Positions 37,180-48,457 of a stretch of DNA of 64,000 nt are shown here, piece after piece. Positions within the stretch are counted from its first letter, which is position 1, and every line of letters starts with the position of its first letter. A program made the translations under genes and the position numbers. Under the pieces are notes generated by a model, which saw nothing but the letters and a program-made list of their open reading frames with translations, did not search any database and was not told where the DNA came from. This stretch comes from Alphaproteobacteria bacterium (GTDB taxonomy: Bacteria > Pseudomonadota > Alphaproteobacteria > GCA-2731375), in the NCBI GenBank assembly GCA_965225945.1, contig CBDDBZ010000029.1:103998-167997 (forward strand), written 5' to 3'.

Positions 37180-38532
37180 GTGAGCGAGAAACGACAGCTC
37201 AGGCTGGGCGCCTTCATGCGCCCGGTCTCCATCCACACCGGCGCCTGGCGCTATCCGGGCGGCCTGCCGGAGGCGAACTTCGACCTGGGCCACATCAAGC
37301 GCTTCGCCCAAAGGCTGGAGCACGGGCGCTTCGATGCCTTCTTCATGGCCGACCACCTGGCGCTATTGAACATGCCGATACAGGCGCTCAAGCGAAGCGC
37401 CACGGTGACCTCGTTCGATCCCCTGACCCTGCTTCCGGCGCTGGCGATGGTCACGAAGCGGCTGGGCCTGATCGCCACCGCCTCGACCACCTTCGAGCCG
37501 CCCTATGTCATAGCCCGGCGCTTCGCCTCCCTCGACCACATTTCCGAGGGCCGCGCCGGCTGGAATCTGGTCACTACCTCGAACCCCGATGCCGGGCTCA
37601 ACTTCGGGCTCTCGGAACAGATGGAACACGGGCGACGCTATCGCCGGGCGCGGGAATATTTCGACGTCGTCACGGGCCTCTGGGACAGTTGGGCCGACGA
37701 CGCCTTCATCCGCGACGCCAAAAGCGGCGTCTTCTTCGACCCCGACCGGCTCCACGTCCTGGGCCACGAGGGCGAGTTCTTCTCGGTTCGCGGACCGCTC
37801 AACATCGCGCGGCCCCCTCAGGGCTGGCCCGTGATCGTGCAGGCCGGCGCCTCCGAGGCCGGGCGCCAGCTCGCCGCCGAGACGGCGGAGATGATCTTCG
37901 CCTCGGCCGCCACGCTGGCCGACGGGCAGCGCTTTTACGCTGACGTCAAGGGCCGGATGGCGCCCCTGGGGCGCGACCCGGATCATCTCAAGATCCTGCC
38001 GGGCGCGCTGGTCGTCGTCGCCGACACGGTGGCGAATGCGCGCGAGAAGCGGGCGCTGCTCGATAGCCTGGTGCATTACGAGAGCGCCATCGCCGCGCTC
38101 TCGATCGCGCTCGGCGTCGATGCCTCCGGCTTCGATCCCGACGCTGCCTTGCCGGAGGTGCCCGAGACCAACGCGAGCAAGAGCGGGCGCGATCGCGTGC
38201 TGGCGCTGGCCCGGCGCGAGGGCCTCACGGTACGCCAGCTCGCCGGGCGCCTCGGCGGCTACGCGGGTCTCGCCCTGGTAGGCACGGCGAAGACGATCGC
38301 CGACGAGATGGAGCAATGGTTGGCGACGGATGGCTGCGACGGGTTCAACGTGATGTTCCCTTACCTCCCCGCCGGGCTGGACGATTTCGTCGACCTGGTG
38401 GTGCCGGAACTACAGCGTCGCGGCCTCTTCCGCCGCGAGTACGAAGGCGCCACGCTGAGGGAAAACCTCGGCCTGCCCCGGCCGGAGAATCGGTTTTTCC
38501 CGTCTGCCTCGCAGACGCCATCGAAGTGTTGA
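37180..38532 (+). CDS. NtaA/DmoA-type flavin-dependent (LLM) monooxygenase
   Basis: FDAFFMAD, TASTTFEPPY, GRAGWNLVTT, PVIVQAGAS, TLRENLGL. Confidence 0.92.
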   Translation: MSEKRQLRLGAFMRPVSIHTGAWRYPGGLPEANFDLGHIKRFAQRLEHGRFDAFFMADHLALLNMPIQALKRSATVTSFDPLTLLPALAMVTKRLGLIATASTTFEPPYVIARRFASLDHISEGRAGWNLVTTSNPDAGLNFGLSEQMEHGRRYRRAREYFDVVTGLWDSWADDAFIRDAKSGVFFDPDRLHVLGHEGEFFSVRGPLNIARPPQGWPVIVQAGASEAGRQLAAETAEMIFASAATLADGQRFYADVKGRMAPLGRDPDHLKILPGALVVVADTVANAREKRALLDSLVHYESAIAALSIALGVDASGFDPDAALPEVPETNASKSGRDRVLALARREGLTVRQLAGRLGGYAGLALVGTAKTIADEMEQWLATDGCDGFNVMFPYLPAGLDDFVDLVVPELQRRGLFRREYEGATLRENLGLPRPENRFFPSASQTPSKC

Positions 38533-38690
38533 GTCTCGCGTCGCATTGATCGAAAATCGGACAATTCTTGGGCGCGGCGGAACCGGGATCGGCTCCACTG
38601 TCATGGGCCGATGACGCCCCGGCGGGAGAAACGACAATGGGGACGCTGGTGAATTGCGAAGGCCTGCACGAAACTTCGAGCATTTATGTT

Positions 38691-39715
38691 GGCTCAATTC
38701 GTGAATTGTATGCGTCACCTTGTTACGGCGGCGGCGAGGCAGGCTCGGTCATTGGCGCCGGGGGCGAGGCCGACGAGGTGGAACCAGCTCAGGTAGTTGT
38801 CCAGATAGCGGGTGGCGATGCCGCGGCGGGGACGCAGGAAGTCCTTCAACCGGCTGTGGCGGCTGTTCACCGTCTGCACATGCAGATCGCCCCGAACCCG
38901 TTCCCCCATCGAGCGGTTGAGTGCTTCGTGGCTCACCCCGAGCGCGGCGGCGCACGGTGGGTAGCTCGCGCCGCCGTCGGAGACCAGCAGGGCGTCCTTC
39001 GCGACCACCGGGTCGAGGGCAGCCGTGAGCGCCGCCGCATCGACCCTGGGCAGCACCGCGCTGACCGTCGTTCCGCTCCGGTCCGCCGCCATGAGAACCG
39101 GTACCTGCTCGCGCGAGAGGCCGCGCTTCTTCGCCTTGCCGCCCCGCCGCCGTGCCTTGCGCCCCAGCCCGCGCGCGCCCTTCCGGCTCTCCAGGACGTA
39201 GGTCTCGTCCGCTTCCACGATCCCCTTGAGCACCTCCGAATCGCTCCGCGCCGCCGCCAGAAACCGGTGACGCCAGCGGAACGCCGTGCTCACCGCCACG
39301 TCGCAGCGCGCCGCCGAGGCCTTCACCGTCTCCCCCTTCGCCAGCGACGCCCCGAACGACAGCCAGCGTTCCTTGTGGTGCAAGCCCGACAGCGGCGTAC
39401 CGCTCAGCGCGTTGAAGGTCCTGCCGCAGCCCTTGCACTGGTAGCGCCGCAGACCCCGCGCCATACCGCGCGAAACCGCCCCTTCGCTCGCGCAGTGCGG
39501 ACAGCGCCGGGCCTCGTCCACACCAAGCTCGATCGCGGCCTTCGATGCCTCGCCCTCGCTCCGGCCCGACAGCACCGCGAGCGCCTCGCGCCGCTGCGCG
39601 CGCGTCAGCCCGCGCGCCGCCGAAAGCCACACCTGGAAACCCTTGCCGTCCATAACCCAACCTCCTGACGTTCCAGGCACTCTATCACTAATGCATACAA
39701 TTCACGAATTGAGCC
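38691..39715 (-). mobile_element. IS1595-family element A, copy 1 (transposase 38715-39653)
   Basis: 23-bp TIR GGCTCAATTCGTGAATTGTATGC; CPHC..CKGC zinc finger, EADETY, SDG, NSRHSRLK; flanks TTTATGTT / TTTATTTT. Confidence 0.93.
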
Positions 39716-39723
39716 TTTATTTT

Positions 39724-40753
39724 CCTGATTACGCACTTTACTCAGCCGAATTGATGTGGTACAAATCGTGAACAAATGGCGGTTTTTCAGGGGGTTCACA
39801 ATGCCACGCAACAAGGTTCAGTTCCAGAAGGGGCTCTGCGAGCCGCGTTTTCGTGAGTTGTACGGTAGCGAGGAGCAGTGTCGCGAGGCCCTGTTCCGCT
39901 GGCGCTGGCCGGAGGGCTTCTCCTGCCCCCGATGTGGCGCCACGCGCCATTGCGAGATCGCCGGGCGAAAACTCTACCAATGCGCCGCCTGCCGTCATCA
40001 AGTTTCGCTGACCGCCGGCACGCTCTTCCACGCGACCAAGCTGGCGCTGACCCTGTGGTTCTCGGCGATCTATCACATGACCCAATCGAAGAAAGGGATC
40101 TCCTCCCTCGAACTCGGCCGGCGGCTCGGCGTCACCCAGACCACGGCCTGGAAGATCAAGCAGAAACTGATGCAGTCCATGCTCGAGCGCGATGCCAAAT
40201 TGCCGCTCACCGGGCGGGTGGAGATGGACGATGCCTACCTCGGCGGCCGGCGTTCCGGGGCCAAGCGCGGCCGAGGCGCGCCGGGCAAGACGCCGTTCGT
40301 CGCCGCCGTCCAGACCACGGCGGAGGGCCAGCCCGTGCGCATCAAGCTCCGCCGCGTCAAGGGCTTCCGCAAGAGCGAGATCGCCAAGATGGCCAAGCGC
40401 GACCTGAGCCCTGGGGCGACCGTTTTCAGCGACGGGCTCAACTGCTTCACCGCGGTCACCGCGCAAGGCTGTGCGCATCATCCGATATCCACCGGCTCCG
40501 GACCAGGGGCCGTCGCCGTGCCGGCCTTCAAATGGGTCAACACCACCCTCGGCAATCTCAAGAACACCCTGCGTGGCACCTACCATGCGATCCGGCCTAA
40601 ACACGTTCCGCGCTACCTGGCGGCGTTCCAATACCGATACAACCGCCGCTACCGGCTCGCCGACATGATCGAAGCCCTCGGCCGCGATGCCCTGCATACG
40701 CCGCCCATGCCATATCGGCTCCTGAAGTTGGCTGAGGTTAGTGCGTAATCAGG
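39724..40753 (+). mobile_element. IS1595-family element B (transposase 39801-40748)
   Basis: TIR CCTGATTACGCACT / AGTGCGTAATCAGG; 8-bp TSD TTTATTTT; CPRC..CAAC, EMDDAYLGG, SDG. Confidence 0.93.
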
Positions 40754-40762
40754 TTTATTTTT

Positions 40763-42048
40763 GGCTCAATTCGTGAATTGTATGCGTCACCTTGTTACGG
40801 CGGCGGCGAGGCAGGCTCGGTCATTGGCGCCGGGGGCGAGGCCGACGAGGTGGAACCAGCTCAGGTAGTTGTCCAGATAGCGGGTGGCGATGCCGCGGCG
40901 GGGACGCAGGAAGTCCTTCAACCGGCTGTGGCGGCTGTTCACCGTCTGCACATGCAGATCGCCCCGAACCCGTTCCCCCATCGAGCGGTTGAGTGCTTCG
41001 TGGCTCACCCCGAGCGCGGCGGCGCACGGTGGGTAGCTCGCGCCGCCGTCGGAGACCAGCAGGGCGTCCTTCGCGACCACCGGGTCGAGGGCAGCCGTGA
41101 GCGCCGCCGCATCGACCCTGGGCAGCACCGCGCTGACCGTCGTTCCGCTCCGGTCCGCCGCCATGAGAACCGGTACCTGCTCGCGCGAGAGGCCGCGCTT
41201 CTTCGCCTTGCCGCCCCGCCGCCGTGCCTTGCGCCCCAGCCCGCGCGCGCCCTTCCGGCTCTCCAGGACGTAGGTCTCGTCCGCTTCCACGATCCCCTTG
41301 AGCACCTCCGAATCGCTCCGCGCCGCCGCCAGAAACCGGTGACGCCAGCGGAACGCCGTGCTCACCGCCACGTCGCAGCGCGCCGCCGAGGCCTTCACCG
41401 TCTCCCCCTTCGCCAGCGACGCCCCGAACGACAGCCAGCGTTCCTTGTGGTGCAAGCCCGACAGCGGCGTACCGCTCAGCGCGTTGAAGGTCCTGCCGCA
41501 GCCCTTGCACTGGTAGCGCCGCAGACCCCGCGCCATACCGCGCGAAACCGCCCCTTCGCTCGCGCAGTGCGGACAGCGCCGGGCCTCGTCCACACCAAGC
41601 TCGATCGCGGCCTTCGATGCCTCGCCCTCGCTCCGGCCCGACAGCACCGCGAGCGCCTCGCGCCGCTGCGCGCGCGTCAGCCCGCGCGCCGCCGAAAGCC
41701 ACGCAAATGGAGAGGATAGAGTCTTGCCTATCCGGTTATCACCCACACCCACTATATGTAGTGTGTCTCCTTGGACTGCAGGCAAGGGCCGGCGCAGGCG
41801 CATTGAGGAGGCGATCCGGCTAATTCTTGATTGTTCTGAAAACCGAACCGGAGTTTAATTCACGTCACGTACTTAACATCGGGGGACGGAACGGTGGCGA
41901 CCAAGGGAAAAACGAAGAAACCCACGGCCAGACGGGAAGCTGCTGATGAAACGACATCGTCACACCTGGAAACCCTTGCCGTCCATAACCCAACCTCCTG
42001 ACGTTGCAGGCACTCTATCACTAATGCATACAATTCACGAATTGAGCC
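40763..42048 (-). mobile_element. IS1595-family element A, copy 2, disrupted by a ~260-bp foreign insert
   Basis: Same TIRs as copy 1; TSD TTATTTTT (40755-40762 / 42049-42056); insert at about 41703-41960 separates the transposase start from its body. Confidence 0.88.
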
Positions 42049-42105
42049 TTATTTTTAGCGTCGCCCGCACCACGGAATGCACACGCAAATGGAGAGGATA
42101 GAGTC

Positions 42106-42654
42106 ATGACGAGCGATGGACCCGGCGCCGCCGCGCCCCTGACCATGCGGCAACCCAGGCGCCTGCATCACGCCGCCTGGGTCACCCGCGACCAGGAGGC
42201 GACGCGTCGCTTCTACGAGGACATCATCGGCCTGCCGCTCACCGCCACCTGGGCGGAGAAGGTGCCGTCGACAGGTCGGGAGTATTGCCACACCTTCTTC
42301 GAAATCGGCGATGGCGGGGCGCTGGCGTTCTTCCAATGGGCCGATCAGGACGAGAACCCGATCGAGTTGGCCTCGCCCGGCCACATCGCCTTCGAGTGCG
42401 ACGCCGAGACTCAAGCCGGGATCAAGCAACGGCTGGAGGACGCCGGCTACGAGATCGGCGTCACCGACCACGGCTATTGCGTCTCGCACTATGTCGAGGA
42501 TCCCAACAATCTCAGGCTGGAGTTCACCGTCGACCATCCGGAGATCGAGCGCATCATGACCCAACGGCGTGGCAGCGCGCACGCGGACCTCGAACGCTGG
42601 CTCGCCGGCGACCACAGGCCCAACAACGCCATGCGCCAGCGCCACGCCGAATGA
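42106..42654 (+). CDS. VOC/glyoxalase superfamily protein
   Basis: LHHAAW, FYEDIIGLPL, HTFF..GDG..LAFF, HIAF, DHGYC.S.Y..DPN..RLE. Confidence 0.9.
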   Translation: MTSDGPGAAAPLTMRQPRRLHHAAWVTRDQEATRRFYEDIIGLPLTATWAEKVPSTGREYCHTFFEIGDGGALAFFQWADQDENPIELASPGHIAFECDAETQAGIKQRLEDAGYEIGVTDHGYCVSHYVEDPNNLRLEFTVDHPEIERIMTQRRGSAHADLERWLAGDHRPNNAMRQRHAE

Positions 42655-42875
42655 GGCTCGCGAGCCTCCATGGTGTCGTCGGACGAGGGCGATTGCGTCG
42701 GGCGACGACGAGAACGATTCGGCGAACGGTCTTCATGGCCGACAATGTAGCCCATCGCGCCGGGCGGTGAAGCGGGAGAGCTAGGCGCCTCTCGCGCCCT
42801 ACCCGCCTCGGCACCACGCCGAGGGGGCTGAACCACATGGCCATGAAGCTCGACCGCGCGCCGAGCGTCCGCCGA

Positions 42876-43376
42876 TTATCGTCCGGCGTCCCTGGCCCTG
42901 TAAATTAGCGATGCGGCCTGTGTCGAATAAGAGAATTCGACGCAGCCGAGCAACATGTCGACGACCTTGCCGTCCGGTGAAGGCGGCAGGATCAGACGGG
43001 AGTAACTGCTTATCTGTTCCGATTCGACCGGCCGGTCGCGGAGATAGACGGGCCTCACGTCTCGATAGCAGTGCCAGTAGCTCTCGATCGCTTCGTCGAA
43101 TTTCGCCATGGTGCCCAAATCGCCGAATCGCTTGCCGGTTCGATCTTTCCCGAAGCCGAAGACGGCCCCCGTGCCGAACAGACGAAAGGTGAAGTCCCCC
43201 ACGACCGAAGCGGTGTTCACGAGGATGACGTTGGGCAGAAAGTCGACCATCTCCACCGGATCGATGTCACGCCGGGCCGGCGGGCCGTCCGGCCGGCACT
43301 TGGAGCGCCAATAATCATGGCACTTGCGGAGAAGAGGTTCCGCGATCTGGCTCGGGTGAAAAATTTCGTCAACCAC
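42876..43376 (-). CDS. Stand-alone PAS-domain (PAS_5-like) protein, copy 1
   Basis: YWRSK...P.RRDIDP.EM..FLPNVILV, FRLFGT, RLILP..DG..VDMLL. Confidence 0.78.
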   Translation of the reverse strand: MVDEIFHPSQIAEPLLRKCHDYWRSKCRPDGPPARRDIDPVEMVDFLPNVILVNTASVVGDFTFRLFGTGAVFGFGKDRTGKRFGDLGTMAKFDEAIESYWHCYRDVRPVYLRDRPVESEQISSYSRLILPPSPDGKVVDMLLGCVEFSYSTQAASLIYRARDAGR

Positions 43377-43774
43377 GCGATTTACGCGCCCTTCTCACTT
43401 TTTTTGGATTTATCCGGCGTATGAGCTCGGCTATCCGAATCGCTTCGTTCGTGACCATGACCCGCGTCTCCTGGTGGCCTCTCGATCGGTCCCGCGACCC
43501 GATGTCGCATTCTTCGTCCTGAACAATTATGTCGTCATGCTCGGCCTTTTTTTCAATTTTCTCCTGGAAGTTTCGTTTTGAAAACCATTGATATTCAAGT
43601 GGTTTTTCAACTTGTTTCGGCGAATTTTATAGTCGAATGCAGTTAAATTTTATTTCGAATTTTAGGCAATTTCACGCCGTCCCCTCGAGCCTCAGCCAAG
43701 CCTTCGATTCCACCCGGCTGTTCGCCACTGCCGGGCGAGCTTAGCCGTCGTGGAGGCAGGCGAAGCGGGCCAGG

Positions 43775-43885
43775 GTTCAGGAGGTTGAAGTAGACCTGCG
43801 CGGCATCGAAACGATCGCTCGCGACCATCCGGCGGAGCGGCGCCGCTTCGCCGCGCGCGGTGAAGCCCAGATGGCGGGTGATGGC
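43775..43885 (-). pseudogene. Aldo/keto reductase internal fragment
   Basis: ITRHLGFTARGE...FDAAQVYFNLLNP. Confidence 0.55.
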
Positions 43886-44032
43886 GCGCCGGCGCCACCT
43901 CGCTTCGAGGGGACCGATGTCATGTTCGAAGTCGAATTCCTGGCCGGTAGCCCCCGCGCCATCGTCGCGGCCCTGGCCTTCGTCTGCCGGCCCAAGCTGG
44001 TGGGTTGGTTCGTCGCCTTCCCGCGGCGTCGG

Positions 44033-44575
44033 TCATGGGGGGCCGGTGAGAGCTCCGCTCCGAGCGTGCCCTGACTCGCGTCCGATGTACCAGGCACTCT
44101 TCAATGGCGCTGCGGCGCGCGTCGAATAAGAGAATTCGACGCAGGCGAGCAACATGTCGACGACCGTGCCGTCGGCTGAAAGCGGTAGGGTCAGACGGGA
44201 GTAACTGCGTACCTGTTCCGATTCGACCGGCCGGTCGCGGAGATAGACGGGCCTCACGCCTCGATAGCACTGCCAGTAGCTCTCGATCGCCTCGTCGAAA
44301 TTCGCCATGGTGCCCAAATCGCCGAATCGCTTGCCGGTTCGATCTTCCCCGAAGCCGAAGACGACCCCCGTGCCGAACAATCGAAAGGTGAAGTCCCCCA
44401 CGACCGAAGCGGTGTTCACGAGGATGACGTTGGTCAGGAAGTCGACCATCTCCAGCGGATCGATGTCACGCCGGGCCGGCGGGCCGTCCGGCGGGCACTT
44501 GGAGCGCCAATAATCATGGCACTTGCGGAGAAGAGGTTCCGCGATCTGGCTCGAATCGAACATATCGTCAACCAC
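44033..44575 (-). CDS. Stand-alone PAS-domain protein, copy 2
   Basis: Near-identical to 42876-43376 over about 155 codons, with a different C-terminal tail. Confidence 0.78.
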   Translation of the reverse strand: MVDDMFDSSQIAEPLLRKCHDYWRSKCPPDGPPARRDIDPLEMVDFLTNVILVNTASVVGDFTFRLFGTGVVFGFGEDRTGKRFGDLGTMANFDEAIESYWQCYRGVRPVYLRDRPVESEQVRSYSRLTLPLSADGTVVDMLLACVEFSYSTRAAAPLKSAWYIGRESGHARSGALTGPP

Positions 44576-44710
44576 GCGAATTGTTCGTACTTCTTACTTT
44601 AATAGAAATATTCTCCAAAAGCAAAATCTAAAAATTTCACTGCCTTGTCAGCCGGCGGCCGGCGCGGCAGGATCGCCGTCTCGCCCGCGCACCACCGGGA
44701 GCTCGCCGCG

Positions 44711-45667
44711 ATGACGCCAGTGCAGTCGACGCCGCTGCCGCCGGGCCTCAGCTTCGGCGTTTCCACGCCGAGCCTGATGCCCGACACCATCCGGCCCTGG
44801 GTCGCGCACCTGGAACGGCACGGCTACGACGTGCTCTGGCTCGGCGATCACGTCGAAGGGCCGGTGGCGATGCTGGACGTTCTGATCCAGCTCGCCCAAG
44901 TCACGGCGCTGAGCGAACGGCTGAGCGTCGGCTGTGGGGTCTATCTGGCGCCGCTCCGCCACCCGGTGCTGATGGCCAAGCAGGTGGCCTCGCTCGACCA
45001 GCTCTCGGCCGGGCGGCTGATCTTCGGCGTCGGCGTCGGTGGCGAGTTTCCCAACGAATACGCGGCCTGCGGCGTGCCGGTGAACGAGCGCGGCGCCCGT
45101 CTCACGGAAGCGATGGAGGTCCTGAAGCGGCTCTGGACGGGGGCGCCCACGGCGCATGACGGCCGCTTTCACCAGTTCCCCGAGGTGCGGCTCGAGCCGC
45201 CGCCGGCGCGCCCGGGGGGACCGCCGGTGTGGTGCGGCGGGCGGGCGGAGGCGGCGCTCCGGCGCGCTGGTCGGCTGGGCGACGGCTGGTTCCCCTATGT
45301 GGTGACGCCCGAGATGTATGAGGCCGGCCTCTCGACCCTCCGCCGGGCGGCCGACGCGGCGGGCCGCGAACTCGACGGATTCAGCCTCGCCATCAGCCTG
45401 TTCTGCCGGCTCGACGCGAGCTGCGAGGCGGCGCTGGAGGTCGCGGCAAGGGAACTCAGCCAGCGCTACGGGATGGATTTTCGCCGCGCGACCGAGCGCT
45501 ACGTCGCCCTCGGCCGGCCGGAGGACGTGGCCGAAAGAATCGCCGAATTCCACGTCCTCGGGGTCCGCCACGTGGTCCTCGACATGGTCTCGCCGGCGGC
45601 CGAGCTCGAGGCCCAGATCGCCCGCTTCGCCGAGGAGACCCGCCCGCTCCTCGGCGCTCTCGGGTGA
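44711..45667 (+). CDS. LLM class flavin-dependent oxidoreductase
   Basis: WLGDH, RHPVLMAKQVASLDQLSAGRLIFGVGVG, PPVWCGG, GDGW. Confidence 0.9.
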   Translation: MTPVQSTPLPPGLSFGVSTPSLMPDTIRPWVAHLERHGYDVLWLGDHVEGPVAMLDVLIQLAQVTALSERLSVGCGVYLAPLRHPVLMAKQVASLDQLSAGRLIFGVGVGGEFPNEYAACGVPVNERGARLTEAMEVLKRLWTGAPTAHDGRFHQFPEVRLEPPPARPGGPPVWCGGRAEAALRRAGRLGDGWFPYVVTPEMYEAGLSTLRRAADAAGRELDGFSLAISLFCRLDASCEAALEVAARELSQRYGMDFRRATERYVALGRPEDVAERIAEFHVLGVRHVVLDMVSPAAELEAQIARFAEETRPLLGALG

Positions 45668-45695
45668 GGGCGCGCGGCGAGAGGGGAGCAGAAGC

Positions 45696-46703
45696 ATGAC
45701 CAAGACCTTGAGCATCCGTGAGGTGCGGGAGGTGGCGACCCGGGCGCTCACCGCCAACGGTGCCTCCGAGGAATGCGCCGCCGCCGTCGCCGCCGTGGTC
45801 GCCTCGGCCGAGCTGAACGCCTGTGCCAGCCACGGGCTATTTCGCATTCCGGGCTACGTCGCCAGCCTGGTGAACGGGCGCGCCGATGGCCGGGCGGTGC
45901 CGGTGGTGGAGGACGTGGCGCCCGGGATGGTCGCGGTCGACGCGGCCGGCGGCTTCGCCCCGCCGGCGATGCGGGCCGGACGCCAGCCCCTGATCGAGAA
46001 GACGCGGGCCCAGGGGATCGCCGTGCTCGGGATCCGAAACTCTTACCATTTCGCCGCGCTGTGGCCCGATATCGAGCCCTTGGCGGAGGCCGATCTGATC
46101 GCCCTGGCCTTCGTCAACTCCACGAGCTACATCCCGCCCTGGGGCGGGCGGACGCCGCTTTACGGCACCAACCCCATGGCCTTCGCCTGCCCGCGCGCCG
46201 ACGGCCCGCCGATGTGCTGGGACCAGGCCTCGGCGGCGTTGGCCCGGGGCGAGATTCAGCTCGCCGCGCGCGACGGCCATGCGGTGCCGGAGACGACCGG
46301 TCTCGATGCGCAAGGCAACCCCACCAGCGATCCGGGCGCCATCCTCGAGGGTGGCGTGCAGCTCGCCTTCGGTGGCTACAAGGGCGCTTCGATCGCGCTG
46401 ATGGTGGAGATCTTGGCGGCGGGCCTGACCGGCGGCAATTTCGGCTACGAGGTCGCCCCTCTGGACGACTTTGGCGGCCCCTCCGCGTGCGGCGAATGCG
46501 TCATCGCGATCGATCCCGCGCGGCTCGGGGGCGATGCCTTCGCCTGGCGCGTCGAGCGTTTTTTCGCCCGCATCGTCGCCGACCACGAGGCCCGCCTGCC
46601 GGGCGATCGACGGCTCGCCGCCCGGCCCCGGGTCGAGGCCGAGGGCACGACCATCCCCCTGGCGCTGCACGAGAAGATCGTCGCGCTCGGCGAGGGCGCC
46701 TGA
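45696..46703 (+). CDS. Ldh_2 family (malate/L-sulfolactate/DpkA-like) NAD(P)-dependent oxidoreductase
   Basis: SHGLFRIPGY, HFAALW, GTNPMAFACP, FGGYKG, RLPGDRR. Confidence 0.88.
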   Translation: MTKTLSIREVREVATRALTANGASEECAAAVAAVVASAELNACASHGLFRIPGYVASLVNGRADGRAVPVVEDVAPGMVAVDAAGGFAPPAMRAGRQPLIEKTRAQGIAVLGIRNSYHFAALWPDIEPLAEADLIALAFVNSTSYIPPWGGRTPLYGTNPMAFACPRADGPPMCWDQASAALARGEIQLAARDGHAVPETTGLDAQGNPTSDPGAILEGGVQLAFGGYKGASIALMVEILAAGLTGGNFGYEVAPLDDFGGPSACGECVIAIDPARLGGDAFAWRVERFFARIVADHEARLPGDRRLAARPRVEAEGTTIPLALHEKIVALGEGA

Positions 46704-46959
46704 GAGTCCGACGCCGGGCCGCGATGGAATCGGCAGCACCACCTTCCTCTCGCGCAGGCCCCGGATCTCGCCAGCGCCGGCGCGGACGGGCGCGAGGACG
46801 CGGATTCCTTCCGACGGTCCGGACAGGGGCGGTCTCCCTCGCGGATCGTCGCCGGATCAACCAATCGCGCCCGCGCGGACGCCCGAGCCATACGCGAACG
46901 AGTGTGGGATATTGCACGGCGAAAATCGCTTCGACGCGCCGTAGACGGCGGGCGCCACC

Positions 46960-47719
46960 GTCTGCGGCGCTACCAGTGCAAGGGCTGCGGCAGGACCTTC
47001 AACGCGCTGAGCGGTACGCCGCTGTCGGGCTTGCACCACAAGGAACGCTGGCTGTCGTTCGGGGCGTCGCTGGCGAAGGGGGAGACGGTGAAGGCCTCGG
47101 CGGCGCGCTGCGACGTGGCGGTGAGCACGGCGTTCCGCTGGCGTCACCGGTTTCTGGCGGCGGCGCGAAGCGATTCGGAGGTGCTCAAGGGGATCGTGGA
47201 AGCGGACGAGACCTACGTCCTGGAGAGCCGGAAGGGCGCGCGCGGGCTGGGGCGCAAGGCACGGCGGCGGGGCGGCAAGGCGAAGAAGCGCGGCCTCTCG
47301 CGCGAGCAGGTACCGGTTCTCATGGCGGCGGACCGGAGCGGAACGACGGTCAGCGCGGTGCTGCCCAGGGTCGATGCGGCGGCGCTCACGGCTGCCCTCG
47401 ACCCGGTGGTCGCGAAGGACGCCCTGCTGGTCTCCGACGGCGGCGCGAGCTACCCACCGTGCGCCGCCGCGCTCGGGGTGAGCCACGAAGCACTCAACCG
47501 CTCGATGGGGGAACGGGTTCGGGGCGATCTGCATGTGCAGACGGTGAACAGCCGCCACAGCCGGTTGAAGGACTTCCTGCGTCCCCGCCGCGGCATCGCC
47601 ACCCGCCATCTGGACAACTACCTGAGCTGGACCTCGTCGGCCTCGCCCCCGGCGCCAATGACCGAGCCTGCCTCGCCGCCGCCGTAACAAGGTGACGCAT
47701 ACAATTCACGAATTGAGCC
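46960..47719 (+). mobile_element. IS1595-family element A, copy 3 (5'-truncated, inverted, frameshifted)
   Basis: Matches copy 1 from LRRYQCKGC; 4-bp deletion near 47630; only one TIR (ends 47719). Confidence 0.88.
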
Positions 47720-48181
47720 AAAAACATTATTGTTCGTGTAAAATGTGCTGGATTTTCCTGTCGATCACTGTCGTCCGACAGGCGCGGCGGACCTCCGGCT
47801 TCGCTCGCCGGGAGCCGAGAATCGGGCCTTGCGAGGCGAAAAGAGGTACTCATTCTGGCTTCATTTTTTTTCAAAATCGCTTCGAATCGGCCCAAAATGA
47901 AGGTTTTTGATGGCGCCGTTCTAAAATCACTTCCTCCGAGGTGCGTTTCGCGCCGGCCCGGCCGGCGGCTCTCGGGCGTCGTGGGCGGCGGGGACCGAGG
48001 GGCCGGCGGCGCTCCGGATCGGCGCGGCGGCGTGACCGTGGTCCACACTTGGCCGCCCCTGGGCCGCCCCGCCCGGGTCGCGGGTTCGCCGTTTCGAGAC
48101 CGTGGGCACGTCCCCGCGACGCGACGCGAGAGAAGCTTTTGAGCGAACACTTGTTCGAGGAGGGTGAGCCGCATCCGTCCC

Positions 48182-48457
48182 CTCGCCGGAAGCCATCCAA
48201 CGGGGCGGATGCGGTGCCAGCGGCAGCGGCAGCCGTTTTCGATCTCGCGGGCGATGCGCCGCGCGAGGTCGCCGGCGGCGGAGGGGTCGATGTCCGTGAC
48301 CACGACGGATTAAGTGCACTCGCCGGAAGCCATCCAACGGGGCGGATGCGGTGCCAGCGGCAGCGGCAGCCGTTTTCGATCTCGCGGGCGATGCGCCGCG
48401 CGAGGTCGCCGGCGGCGGAGGGGTCGATGTCCGTGACCACGACGGATTAAGTGCACT
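48182..48457. repeat. 137-bp perfect tandem duplication
   Basis: Units start at 48182 and 48319; two minus-strand ORFs share an identical 40-aa start. Confidence 0.9.

Noticed and set aside
48182-48457. Possible CRISPR or other repeat array
   Set aside because: Only two long abutting units, no spacers and no cas genes.
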